NCBI RefSeq assembly: GCF_006345805.1
Contig: NC_043011.1
Location: 20,162,464-20,226,463 of the forward strand
Direction of reading: 5' to 3'
Source of the DNA: Octopus sinensis
Taxonomy: Eukaryota
Length of the DNA stretch: 64,000 nt
Below, in pieces: positions 41,301-51,705 of this stretch. Each line of letters opens with the position of its first letter. The first letter of the stretch is position 1. The position numbers and the translations under genes were made by a program. The notes under the pieces are model-generated. The model worked only from the letters and a program-made list of their open reading frames with translations. It had not been told where the DNA came from and did no database searches.

Positions 41301-41729
41301 AGGCACGGTGGCCAAGACAGTCCGATATGTCCAAGATGCGGGCGGGATAGGGAAACCGTCCCGCACGCTATTGTTCATTGTCCGGACGTGTCTGAGGTGT
41401 GGGTTTATGCCGAACAGCTGTTGTCAGGTACACGAAGAGTACAGCTGTCGACTGAGTCGATTACAAAAATTGACCCACCGGATTTCCTCGTGAATGAAGG
41501 TAAGTTTCGTTTTCTCGTTGTAGTAGCAATTGCGAAAGAGGTGATATGGAAGACGAGAATGAAAGGTTTACAGTCAGGCAAGTTCATCTCCGGCCCTGGT
41601 TTGATGAATTATTTCATCTTTCACCTGAAAAGGAAGATAGGGCTGGAGAGAATATGCCTGACTAGGAGAGTGTATGAAGAACGATGGAAGGATGTAGCAC
41701 GAAAGTTGCGAGTGAAAGATACAACATAA
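38335..41729 (+). CDS. ORF2 of an L1/Tx1-clade non-LTR retrotransposon (APE endonuclease, reverse transcriptase, C-terminal Cys/His motif); single 1-bp frameshift at ~40003
   Basis: EN motifs GCLNVRG, ATET, GDFN, SYLDRI, SDH. RT motifs KAPGLDG, FRPITLLN, DQSKAFDRV, VRQGCPLSP, YADD. C-terminal CPRCGRDRETVPHAIVHC. One added base restores PGRSIQDNLHLMRY, as in the minus-strand copy (PGRSIHDNLHLMRY), giving ~1130 aa. Confidence 0.92.
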
Positions 41730-41926
41730 ATGTAATACCAAGCGCAACCAAAAGTATCAGTGGGGAGGCGGGGCTCGTGGGGTCCGAGCTAAACCCGCAC
41801 CCACTCCACCCGTAATGTCTTCCGGTCTGTCCCATCATTCGATTTCTGTCCATTTATTGTAATTCATGAAAATTTTTAAATTCGATTTATTGTAAAAACC
41901 CATTCGTGTGTCTGACCCCATCATCA

Positions 41927-41987
41927 GATTGTATTGTCCCATCTATGTTCGCCCCTTGTGGGTAATAATAAAACAACATGGAGGAAA
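41927..41987 (+). promoter_or_regulatory. Shared LINE 3' tail with AATAAA (also at 36672-36731 and, diverged, 34741-34796)
   Basis: GATTGTATTGTCCCATCTATGTTCGCCCCTTGTGGGTAATAATAAAACAACATGGAGGAAA vs GATTGTATTGTCCCATCTATGTAGCCCCTAGTGGGTAATAATAAAACAACATGGAGGAAA. Confidence 0.85.
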
Positions 41988-42280
41988 GCACCTTCGAAAA
42001 GTGTCTTGGTGCGACTATGAAAGGTATCTAATCAGAGGTGGTAAATTCGCCACAATAGAAGCAAGGTTCGAGTCGACTCGAACTTGCAAAGTGGAAATAT
42101 TTTATTTTTGCCTTTATATCTGGGACGTAGGACGTCCCGGAAAAAATATTTAAATGCCCGTCCTCCCCAGAAGTAGAGGTAGGGTGGATTGTAGACACAC
42201 CTCTATACAAGAGGGAGGACAAGATACAATTGATCGAAATTACAAGAAACGGGCTAACAATTCCAGTCTGTTATATATTT
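41978..42280 (+). pseudogene. ORF1d: fragment of a fourth ORF1 paralogue immediately after the LINE tail
   Basis: MEESTFEKCLGATMKGI / IRGGKFATIEARF / LPLYLGRRTSR / PEVEVGWIV, in shifting frames. These match EKCLGDIMKK, INRGKRYGTVEVRF and LPLYKGKRTSK of ORF1b/c. Confidence 0.7.
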
Positions 42281-42443
42281 TGAGTATTGTTATCACTAGC
42301 GATATCAAGATATAACTTTGTATTTTGTATTTTATGTGTAGATGTATATATATATAGATGTACATGTAATATGTACACATGTATATACACATATATACAT
42401 GCACTAGCACTATGACCCGGCAACGACGGGTGTTTAATGCTTG

Positions 42444-43335
42444 TCGTAGATAAAATATAGTTTGAAATGAGTAGAAATCGTAGATAAAATGAAGTTTGAA
42501 AGGAGTAGAAATCGTAGATAAAATGAAGTTTGAAAGGTGTAGAAATCGTAGATAAAATGAAGTTTGAAAGGAGTAGAAATCGTAGATAAAAATGAAGTTT
42601 GAAAGGAGTAGAAATCGTAGATAAAATGAAGTTTGAAAGGAGTAGAAATCGTAGATAAAATGAAGTTTGAAAGGAGTAGAAATCGTAGATAAAATGAAGT
42701 TTGAAAGGAGTAGAAATCGTAGATAAAATGAAGTTTGAAAGGAGTAGAAATCGTAGATAAAAATGAAGTTTGAAAGGAGTAGAAATCGTAGATAAAATGA
42801 AGTTTGAAAGGAGTAGAAATCGTAGATAAAATGAAGTTTGAAAGGAGTAGAAATCTTAGATAAAATAAAGATTGAAAGGAGTAAAAATCGTAGATAAAAT
42901 GAAGTTTGAAAGGAGTAGAAATCGTAGATAAAATGAAGTTTGAAAGGAGTAGAAATCGTAGATAAAAATGAAGTTTGAAAGGAGTAGAAATCGTAGATAA
43001 AATATAGTTTGAAAGGAGTAAAAATCGTAGATAGAATATAGTTTGAAAGGAGTAAAAATCGTAAATAAAATATAGTTTGAAAGGAGTAGAAATCGTAGAT
43101 AAAATATGGTTTGAAAAGAGTAGAAATCGTAGATAGAATATAGTTTGAAAGGAGTAGAAATCGTAGATAAAATATGGTTTGAAAAGAGTAGAAATCGTAG
43201 ATAGAATATAGTTTGAAAGGAGTAGAAATCGTAGATAAAATATGGTTTGAAAAGAGTAGAAATCGTAGATAAAATGAAGTTTGAAAGGAGTAGAAATCGT
43301 AGATACAATAAAGATTGAAAGGAGTAGAAATCGCA
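42444..43335 (+). repeat. 34-bp minisatellite, right part (~26 units)
   Basis: GAAAGGAGTAGAAATCGTAGATAAAATGAAGTTT repeated, with 34/35-bp variants. Confidence 0.95.
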
Positions 43336-43603
43336 GAGTAACGGCAGTGGGAGAGTGTGTCAGATGAGTCAAGCTTTAACTCATATGTAACTATTTTAAA
43401 GGAGTGGAGAATGCTGTAGTAGTGATAGAAGTGGTAGAATAAAAAGACGTTATTACTGTGATTTCTAATGTTTCTAGCTCTATGTCGTCTGACTTGCTTC
43501 AATGATTTAATGTATTACATAAGCAGCACACTTGCTAGTGCCGTCTCTTAAAATCTGTAAATTTCTTCTAGGAATATGAATTATGTATAGTATTATTATT
43601 ATC

Positions 43604-43655
<52 letters not shown>

Positions 43656-44174
43656 AATATGTCATCCATGGAAACGTACGTAAGGTTAGAATGCAGACGC
43701 ACAAGTTCCATAACACACGAATAGTAACGGCAACCAATTACTTGTTTGTGTTATTGCTCAAGAATTTCATATATATATATATAAATGTGTGCATATATAC
43801 ATTATACATACACATAGACTGTCAGCTAATACTATTATGGATCACGCTGCCTAAATAGGTTGATAAAAATTGTTTGGTAGCGACTAATAGCATTCTATAT
43901 ATCATAATTAACGCAGATATTCTATTGTAAGCCGAGAAACTGCGATATTCGTCTCGACAGAACATCACATATAGGCATTTAGGACAGTTTTAAAAAGTAG
44001 TGTTTTTACAAATTGTAGCGTTAGTTCGTTTTAGTTTCAAATACAAATAGGCACCTGGCCTAAATTCCTGGCTTGTATCCTCCGACACTCCGAATCAGGC
44101 CAAGCCTGATCAACAGAATTATGTTTCACACACACGCACACACACACGCACACACACACACACACACACACGCA

Positions 44175-44222
<48 letters not shown>

Positions 44223-44323
44223 CATATATATATATATACATATATATATTATTTGAGGGAATATAAATCCAAACTTACAGGGAAAAAAATTCAACTTAGA
44301 AATACTAAATCAAAATTCACACA

Positions 44324-44412
<89 letters not shown>

Positions 44413-44481
44413 AGGTTGAAAAAGAACACACGAGCTGCTATGTATAAGGAAAATAAGACAAAGTAGAAAAAAAGCTAAAAG

Positions 44482-44912
44482 GAAGAACATTTTGGTACCG
44501 GTTTCAGTCATTGCGATTTTTTTCAATACGTACATTAAAGAATGAAAACCAATTAAATTGTTGAAAAGTTAAATGAAATGTTGCTTTTAAAATATTTCCA
44601 TAGTTTCAAATACAAGGATTCTTCTTTTCTCTTTCCCCCTCTCTCTCTCTCTCTCTCTCTCTCGTTTATTTTTTACTCTTGTGAAGGCTTGGTAGTAGGT
44701 GGTAGGTAGTAGCAGTGCTACTATTACCAACTACCAAGCTTTTACAAGTAAAAAGTGAGAAAGAGAGAGACAGAATAAAGGAAAATGTCCCTTGTATTTG
44801 AAAACTATGGAATAATTTTTTTTTAATTCATTTAATTTTTGCGTGATTTTTTCATGTTTTACTCTAAATGTAAAAAGTCGCAAAGTCTGAAACCGGTACT
44901 AAAATGTTCTTC
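44482..44912. mobile_element. Fold-back MITE-like imperfect palindrome (~430 bp)
   Basis: GAAGAACATTTTGGTACCGGTTTCAG ... CTGAAACCGGTACTAAAATGTTCTTC. Inner arms also pair (CCATAGTTTCAAATACAAGG / CCTTGTATTTGAAAACTATGG); centre near 44715. Confidence 0.75.
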
Positions 44913-44972
44913 ATGATGAAATTCTGTTAGGATTTTCTACCTTGTCTTATTTTCTTCATATATATATTACAT

Positions 44973-45063
<91 letters not shown>

Positions 45064-45744
45064 TGCATACATATACATAGAATTGGTATTAATCTGTAAA
45101 AAATTTACTTCTAACACAGATTTCCAAAGCGTGTGCCCTCGTAACAAGGTAGCATAGAACATCTATTTCAGATTTACATATAGAAGTCCTTCTGTATGTA
45201 ATTCATGACAAAATGAAGAATGCTTCCTTGTCAGACGTATTCTCTGCCAATTAACTATTTCCTTCTGATATTTTCCGGTCCGCATGTCAACTCGTTTACT
45301 TCATTCGTTCATTATACATTCATCCGTTTCTGGTAATATTCAATAATCTGCAATTCCAAGCCAAGGGTTAAATTATACTTATTCGAATATTCCATAGATA
45401 TGTGCATATTGAAGTATTTCATTTTTCTACTTGGTGAACACTATTAATATGCCGGGACCGACAAGAATATCACTCTAATCAGTTCGCGCATATGCGTCGT
45501 GAGAAATCCGTATTCACCTATGAATGTACACTAATATTACTAGTTTCACACATACACACACAAGCACACACACGCACACGCACGCACACACACGTACACA
45601 CATGTACACAAACACACAAACACACACACGCACACATTTTCATATGCGCACACGCAAAGACACAAAGACACAGTACATACACAACACAGAGAAACACGCA
45701 TACTTATAAGTACATTCTTAACACATATTACATATATATATATT

Positions 45745-45836
45745 AGAGGTAGATAGATACAGAGAGAGAGAGAGGGAGACAGGCAGACAGACAAGCAGAC
45801 AGACAGGCTGACAGACAGACAGACAAACAGATAGAT

Positions 45837-45892
<56 letters not shown>

Positions 45893-45944
45893 TATAGATA
45901 GATTGATATATAGATGGATGGATAGATGGATGGATAGATAGATG

Positions 45945-46030
<86 letters not shown>

Positions 46031-46035
46031 GAGAT

Positions 46036-46074
<39 letters not shown>

Positions 46075-46080
46075 GAGAGA
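45745..46080. repeat. (GATA)n/(GACA)n/(GATG)n compound microsatellite
   Basis: Seen directly. Confidence 0.95.
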
Positions 46081-48579
46081 AACATATACATATATGCATA
46101 AATGCATATATGTATATATATGTGTGTGTGTGTGTGTGTGTTCAATCGTGATATACTAGAAATCCCAGTCTGTGCGATTCTGTGTGCGTGTGTGTGTGTG
46201 CGTGTCAATTTGCTTGCTGTGTGTGTGCCGGCAGATGCATTTTACATTGATATGCAGTAAAAATAGTCGATATATATCTTTAGCATATTCGATTCAACCT
46301 TTGGAAATTCACTCATAAATATTTCCTTTTCCTAATTTTTTTTTTGCATGATTATTGAGGCATGTTCATGTATTTGTGTCTGTATATGTGTTTCGGTGCG
46401 TATGTTTGATCATTTATGGATACGAATTTACATACGCTGAAACATGTACTCATACGCACATAAGTATACATATCTGTGTGTGTGTGCGTGTGTGTGTGTG
46501 CATGAGTATGTTTGTGTAAGTGTGTAAATGTGTGTCCGCGTGTATATATATGTACATTTGCTGGTTTGTGCATGCACCTGCATGTGTATTTATGCAAACA
46601 CATGAATGCATATAATCCTGTATACACAGCACATATATTTTCTTTTAGAATGTATTCAACATCACATTCCCAATACATATTTACATATGGAAACTCGAAT
46701 CCACAATACTCCCAATAAAATAGAATAGCTTAAAAAAAATCGTACAGTATGTAAATGCTATACACATATGAAACCTGTAGATTGTGAAGAAGCACCATAT
46801 TTTCAATAGAAACAAATCATATCTTAGATCGTAGAGACGCATATTTACCCATTGATAAAAGTTCTCTGCAGAAAATTCGATGTCTAACCAGGTTTAAATT
46901 GTTCCTTTCATTCTCAGAAACTGGTAACAGTTTTCTGTCTAGATTAATCTACAAGTATCTCTTGCATAACCTTAGGCGTAGTTCTCTCTTATGAGCAAAT
47001 GAATATATTAGGTACACCGAAAAGTAATGTTGAATTTCATGCAATCAGTTCAAATCAGCATACAACATATGGGAAATATATTTGTTCACTCAAAATATAG
47101 CTGTCATCATTAGCAATATCTTTTTTGAACCTAGAAACCAGTTTTCTGATTGCACAGACCAAAAAAAAGTCAGGTATTTTTAGAAGATAAAAAATGTTTA
47201 GAGTACCATTTCCACACACGCACACACGCACACGCACACACACACGCACACACGCACACACACACACACATTCTGCTTCCGAGCGTTTTCACTCTGATAA
47301 AGTGTTCAAGTGACCTGAATAAGTGAAACATCTCGTGCTGCTATGTCTGATTATGAAGGATAATCTAGAACTTCTCAACCTGACGAATTTATGTTTTTCT
47401 AGTGTTATCTTCTCTGAATATGGCCTTTTATTATCATACTGCATGTTGAGGTACTTACTTCACTCCTGTTTCCAGTTCCCCAATCTACTTCAGATGATCT
47501 TGCACTGTGGGGAAACGTTCATTAAGACTCTAGTATAAGTCCCTGCTACTTTGATGTGAACCCTCTCTTAAACAGCTGTTTTCACTGCGTCGTTACTGAG
47601 AACAGTAGTAGTAGTAGTAGTAGTTGCAGCAACAGTAGTAGCAATAGTGGTTGTAGTAGTAGTAGTAGTAGCAGCAACTTTCCTAGTGTGAAGGTGAAAA
47701 TATATTTTCGTCTACTCCGAGAAGCGACTTTATTTCGAGTCTTATTAATTGCAAATTTCTTGAGGACTGCACCCTTCGCTCACCCAACCCCCATACCAGA
47801 GGTTAAACATGTGAAAGGTTTGTATTGACGGATCTTATTTTGTTTCTTGCGTTTTGACCAGTTTTCAAATTTTCAATGGTCGTATCTGTGAGACACGCCC
47901 ACAGTAAAAAGCAAAATATTACAACGGCAGACGAAATGAAAAAAGTACACACAAAAAAAAATTGAACAACAGAATAAAAAAAAAAGGAATAAAATAATGA
48001 ACATTTTAATGGACAATTAATAGAAAAGAAAAGAATATTTCGAACAAAATCTTTTAAAGATGGCGATAACAAGACTTGCACAGAGACAAACAAATGAAAC
48101 AGAAGCTCTATTAAAGAAGCAAGATTTGCCTGTAGTGTAACAGACGCTGAAGATTTAGATTTAACACAGTCCGCCTAAAAAATGGTTTGAAGAAATTGAC
48201 AGTCAGACAGTGTCATTTTACCGCAAGATCGAATCCAGGAGAAGGCAATGAAAAAAAATTATATATTTATGTTTTTAAATAAAGATGGCGGTGGTGTCCA
48301 ATTTCCGTCGAAAAACTTGTTATAGTAAGCACAGCATCAAATTTCATGAGAAATTCTTTACATCAACGAGATGAAATAGGACGGTGCTGTCAGCTAAACT
48401 TTTAAGGAAGAAGAATCAATCAAAACCCAAACTGAAATCGTTGCATGTACCACCACACGTATTTTTTTTCTCAAAATATGGGGCAGAGAAGTACAAGGGC
48501 AGCCAGAAGGAAAACTCTGGCTGGTCATCACGTTTGTACCGCAGTATAAATGGGTCGGTAAAGTAAAATACAAGCCAAG

Positions 48580-48985
48580 TGAGAGGATCGGTGTTATCGA
48601 CTAAATCCCACTACCAAATTGCAGGCATTGTACCTGTTTTAGAAACAATTTTTTTAGGATGTGGGAACGGCAGAATCATTAGAGAGTTAGCGAGCTGGCA
48701 GTACCACTCAAGTCCTAGAATCGATGTAATTGACTTACCCCTCCCCGTAAAACTGCTAGCCTTGTGCCACAATTTGAAACCGTTAAAGCAGCAAACTGGC
48801 AGAGCCATTATCGAGTCGGACTAAAATGCTTAGCAATATTTCTTCCGGCTCTTTGGATTTTAAGTTCAACTTCCGCCGACTTCAACTTTGCCTTTCATCC
48901 TTTGGGGTTTATAAAGCAAAGCATTTGTCAAGTACTGGAGTCGATGTAATCGAATAACCCTTCTCCTAAAAGACTGCCAAAGTTT
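48580..48985 (+). mobile_element. Old SINE family C-related copies in tandem
   Basis: GGCAGAGCCATTA...AAAATGCTTAGC...CAACTTTGCCTTTCATCCTTTGGGG...GTACTGGAGTCGATGTAATCGA. Confidence 0.6.
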
Positions 48986-49329
48986 GGTGCAATTATGGTT
49001 ATCATTATTCAGTAGTCTTACGTTTAGTGTGTGCTTTCAATGCACAACCGAATGCAGTTCTGTGTCCTCGGGTGCGAAGAGCTTTGTTTCATTCTCTACA
49101 GTGTTAGTTGTAAGTTGCGTACTATGCATTCAGTGCAGACTAGTCATTTGTTATTCGTATTGCACATAATTCTAGGTTTGGTAGTGTATCTGTACGATTT
49201 TGAATATTCCAAAGGCATGTATTATAAGAAATAATCTTTCTGCTTTCCTACAGTTACTCCATTCTCGGAATTTTTATTTAAAGACATTCAGATTTTGATA
49301 TAATTTCTCCAATAATTTTCGAAATACAT

Positions 49330-49960
49330 TAATGTTTGTTGGAACTTTATTTAAGAAGCACTTCGTTTCCTGGCAATCATTGGCAACAGTACCCAGCAAA
49401 TACCTTTGATGTCATTGTCGATGTAGTTTGCTATATTCAGAGTATTGTCTGTTGGTATTTCATAACGCTACCATAGCTCCCAGTACATGAAATATGCTGT
49501 TAAGTCTGCCCTATATTCTTTCTTGACTTATCCTAGGCAACCCCAAAATATTATGATTAATTGTCTGCTTGTTTGTTTGCAGCCTTTTTTTTTCCTTTCC
49601 ACATAATCTACAGATATTTAACGTATTCTGTCCCATTACCTGCTTTCTTTTGTTACCGATGGGAATACTTTGATCCTATGCCATCATAACCAAAACTCTT
49701 TCAACCACATTTTTCAGCCAGTATTGCAATTGCCATGATATTCATTTTTCTTTGACAGGTATTGGTCATGTAGAAATGTTTCGTATTATCACATTCTATA
49801 ACACCCCTTTTAGCTTACTTTTTGGTTCTTTCTAAATATTTGTTGTTTTTTTTTCATTTCCCCTTCCAACTGTTTCTTATTTCCGCCTCTCTTTTTCTAT
49901 TTACAGGCTTCCTTAAAGACACAAAACATGTCTTTTGTTGGTATTTATTTGGCTATTTGA
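49330..49960 (-). mobile_element. R4/Dong-like (RLE) LINE remnant
   Basis: Minus-strand decayed motifs VMMA*DQSIP (cf. AAQDQ.L.TR) and YWELW*RYEIP (cf. HWELC..Y.IP). Confidence 0.5.
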
Positions 49961-50694
49961 GTAAGATTTCCATTATTTTCAAGTTTCACAATTGATATTT
50001 TGCAATAGCTTTCACGTTGCATAACACCTTTAATTACCTGTATTCGTAGAAAATACAACTTTTTACAGATTTTTCCCTGCTCTATAACTAATGCAGCCAT
50101 TTTTTTTTATCGTTCATTTACTGTCCAATCGAAAATCTTATAACTATAATTTATTACAACGACACCTATAGTAATTATTCATTATTATCAACTTATTTTT
50201 TTGCACTTCCCTTTGTTTTAAGTATCAAACTAGTCTTTTATAAATTGTCTTTCATTTGTTGTGTATTTATATGTATACGAATGTGTGTATGCCTTCTGCT
50301 CGCTTTAGTTCCTGAGTATTATAAGAATGCAGTTGTAATTCTCTCCTTTCCCTACTTACTTATTTTCCTCGTATTTTATTAGATATCTTCTAATTTTTCT
50401 CTCCAGAAATTTGTCTCGGTGCAGGTTTTAATACTAATCTCATATCAACGTCTTTTGTGAACCAACGTACTGACAGTAGCCATGTTTTTAGTTATCTTCT
50501 GCAGCGTGTAACTTGATTCCTCCACCATGTGTGAGAACATCCAGTTTAACAAAATGGTCTGACATGCTAGTGCCAGATGGAAAAAAAGTGTGAAAAGCGA
50601 ATTTCTTAAATTTTTTTTTTTAACTGAAATAGGTTTGAAATTCTATTTCATTACACGTGACATATTTCATTACACGTGACATATTTAATATATT

Positions 50695-50955
50695 TTATTG
50701 GTCTCAAATTTATTTTGGCACGAGTCCAGCACTTTTGCGTGGGTACGGAGGAGTAAGCTGATATTCATTTTATCGACCCCGAAAGGACGAAAGGTAAAGT
50801 CTACTTCAACGAAATTTGAACTCAATGTAAAAACGAACGAAATGCCCGGATGCAAAGTCGACTTCGGTGGCATTTGAAATCAGAACGCAAAGACGGATAA
50901 ATGCTGTTAAACATATTGCCCGGGGTACTAACGATTCTGCTTGCTCGCAGCCTTA
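50695..50955 (-). mobile_element. SINE family C-related copy with a third tail type and internal duplication
   Basis: TTTATCGACCCCGAAAGGACGAAAGGTAAAGTC...TTTGAACTCA...GTACTAACGATTCTGC. Confidence 0.65.
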
Positions 50956-51474
50956 TATTGGGACTAATATTAAAATCCGATTCCACTTGCCAGGGGAATG
51001 AATAAAAATGTGTAAAAACTAAGGGATATTGTGCCTCATGTTGAGAGTTGAATGACATGAGCAAATGAATTTTTGGCGTACACAAAGTAACACAGTTAGT
51101 GAATATCAGTTTAAGATCCGTGAGTCGTTAATCTAATTCAATTTCTATTCGATAATTTTTCATTTGTCTCGATTTTGTAGAGATGCATTTAATACATTGC
51201 TCTCTGGTATCAAACTCCAACTGAGTCAGCTTCGGCTCTTATGCAATTAGTACTTCAGTTTCCCTACTCTATTAGATTTCCAGTAATTATGTTAATTAGA
51301 AGCTACAATTATAATAGTTGCAGGTTACATCTCGTTGTAATACGTCATTATTTTCTCAAACATCTAATTTGTTTCAAGAAATAATTTTCTATTGCTATCA
51401 CCGCGTTTTAAAAGTGATACAGTAGCTCGGATTCTTGTTGTCTTCATTGAGTACAATTAATACTTAAGATATAT

Positions 51475-51705
51475 ATTTCTTTACAGCCCAAAAGGGGCTA
51501 AACACAGAGGGGACAAACGAGGACAGACAAACGGATTAAGTCGATTATATCGACCCCAGTGCGTAACTGGTACTTAATTTATCGACCCCGAAAGGATGAA
51601 AGGCAAAGTCGACCTCGGCGGAATGTTGAACTCAGAACGTAACGGCAGACGAAATACAGCTACGCATTTCGCCCGGCGTGCTAACGTTTCTGCCAGCTCG
51701 CCGCC
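51475..51705 (-). mobile_element. SINE family C, full unit with LINE-like tail
   Basis: Reverse complement of the 8221/63398 unit, well conserved. Confidence 0.9.

Larger units (their letters stand above)
32545..42443 (+). mobile_element. 9.9-kb insertion with non-autonomous Helitron termini, containing the LINE/ORF1 array
   Basis: 5' end TCTTTATATATATAAAACTGAGAATGTGTGTCTGTC. 3' hairpin CCCGGCAACGACGGG (42416-42430), then CTTG (CTAG variant) at 42440-42443. Flanks ...GGAGTAGAAA | TCGTAGATAAAAT rebuild an intact minisatellite unit with an A|T target and no TSD. A 148-bp tandem duplication lies at 32596-32885. Confidence 0.75.

Noticed and set aside
42404-42430. Alternative reading as a minus-strand Helitron 3' end (CTAG at 42404-42407)
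   Set aside because: The end is quasi-palindromic. However, no matching 5' end lies to the right, whereas the plus-strand reading pairs with TC at 32545 and restores the satellite unit exactly.
42444-43335. CRISPR-like periodicity of ~34 bp
   Set aside because: The units are contiguous with no unique spacers, and the context is eukaryotic with no cas genes.
42240-43502. Long minus-strand ORFs (420, 312 and 150 aa)
   Set aside because: They are stop-free readings of the 34-bp minisatellite, not genes.
50644-50686. Small tandem duplications (also 4933-4988 and 9212-9253)
   Set aside because: Ordinary 20-25-bp slippage duplications with no further structure.
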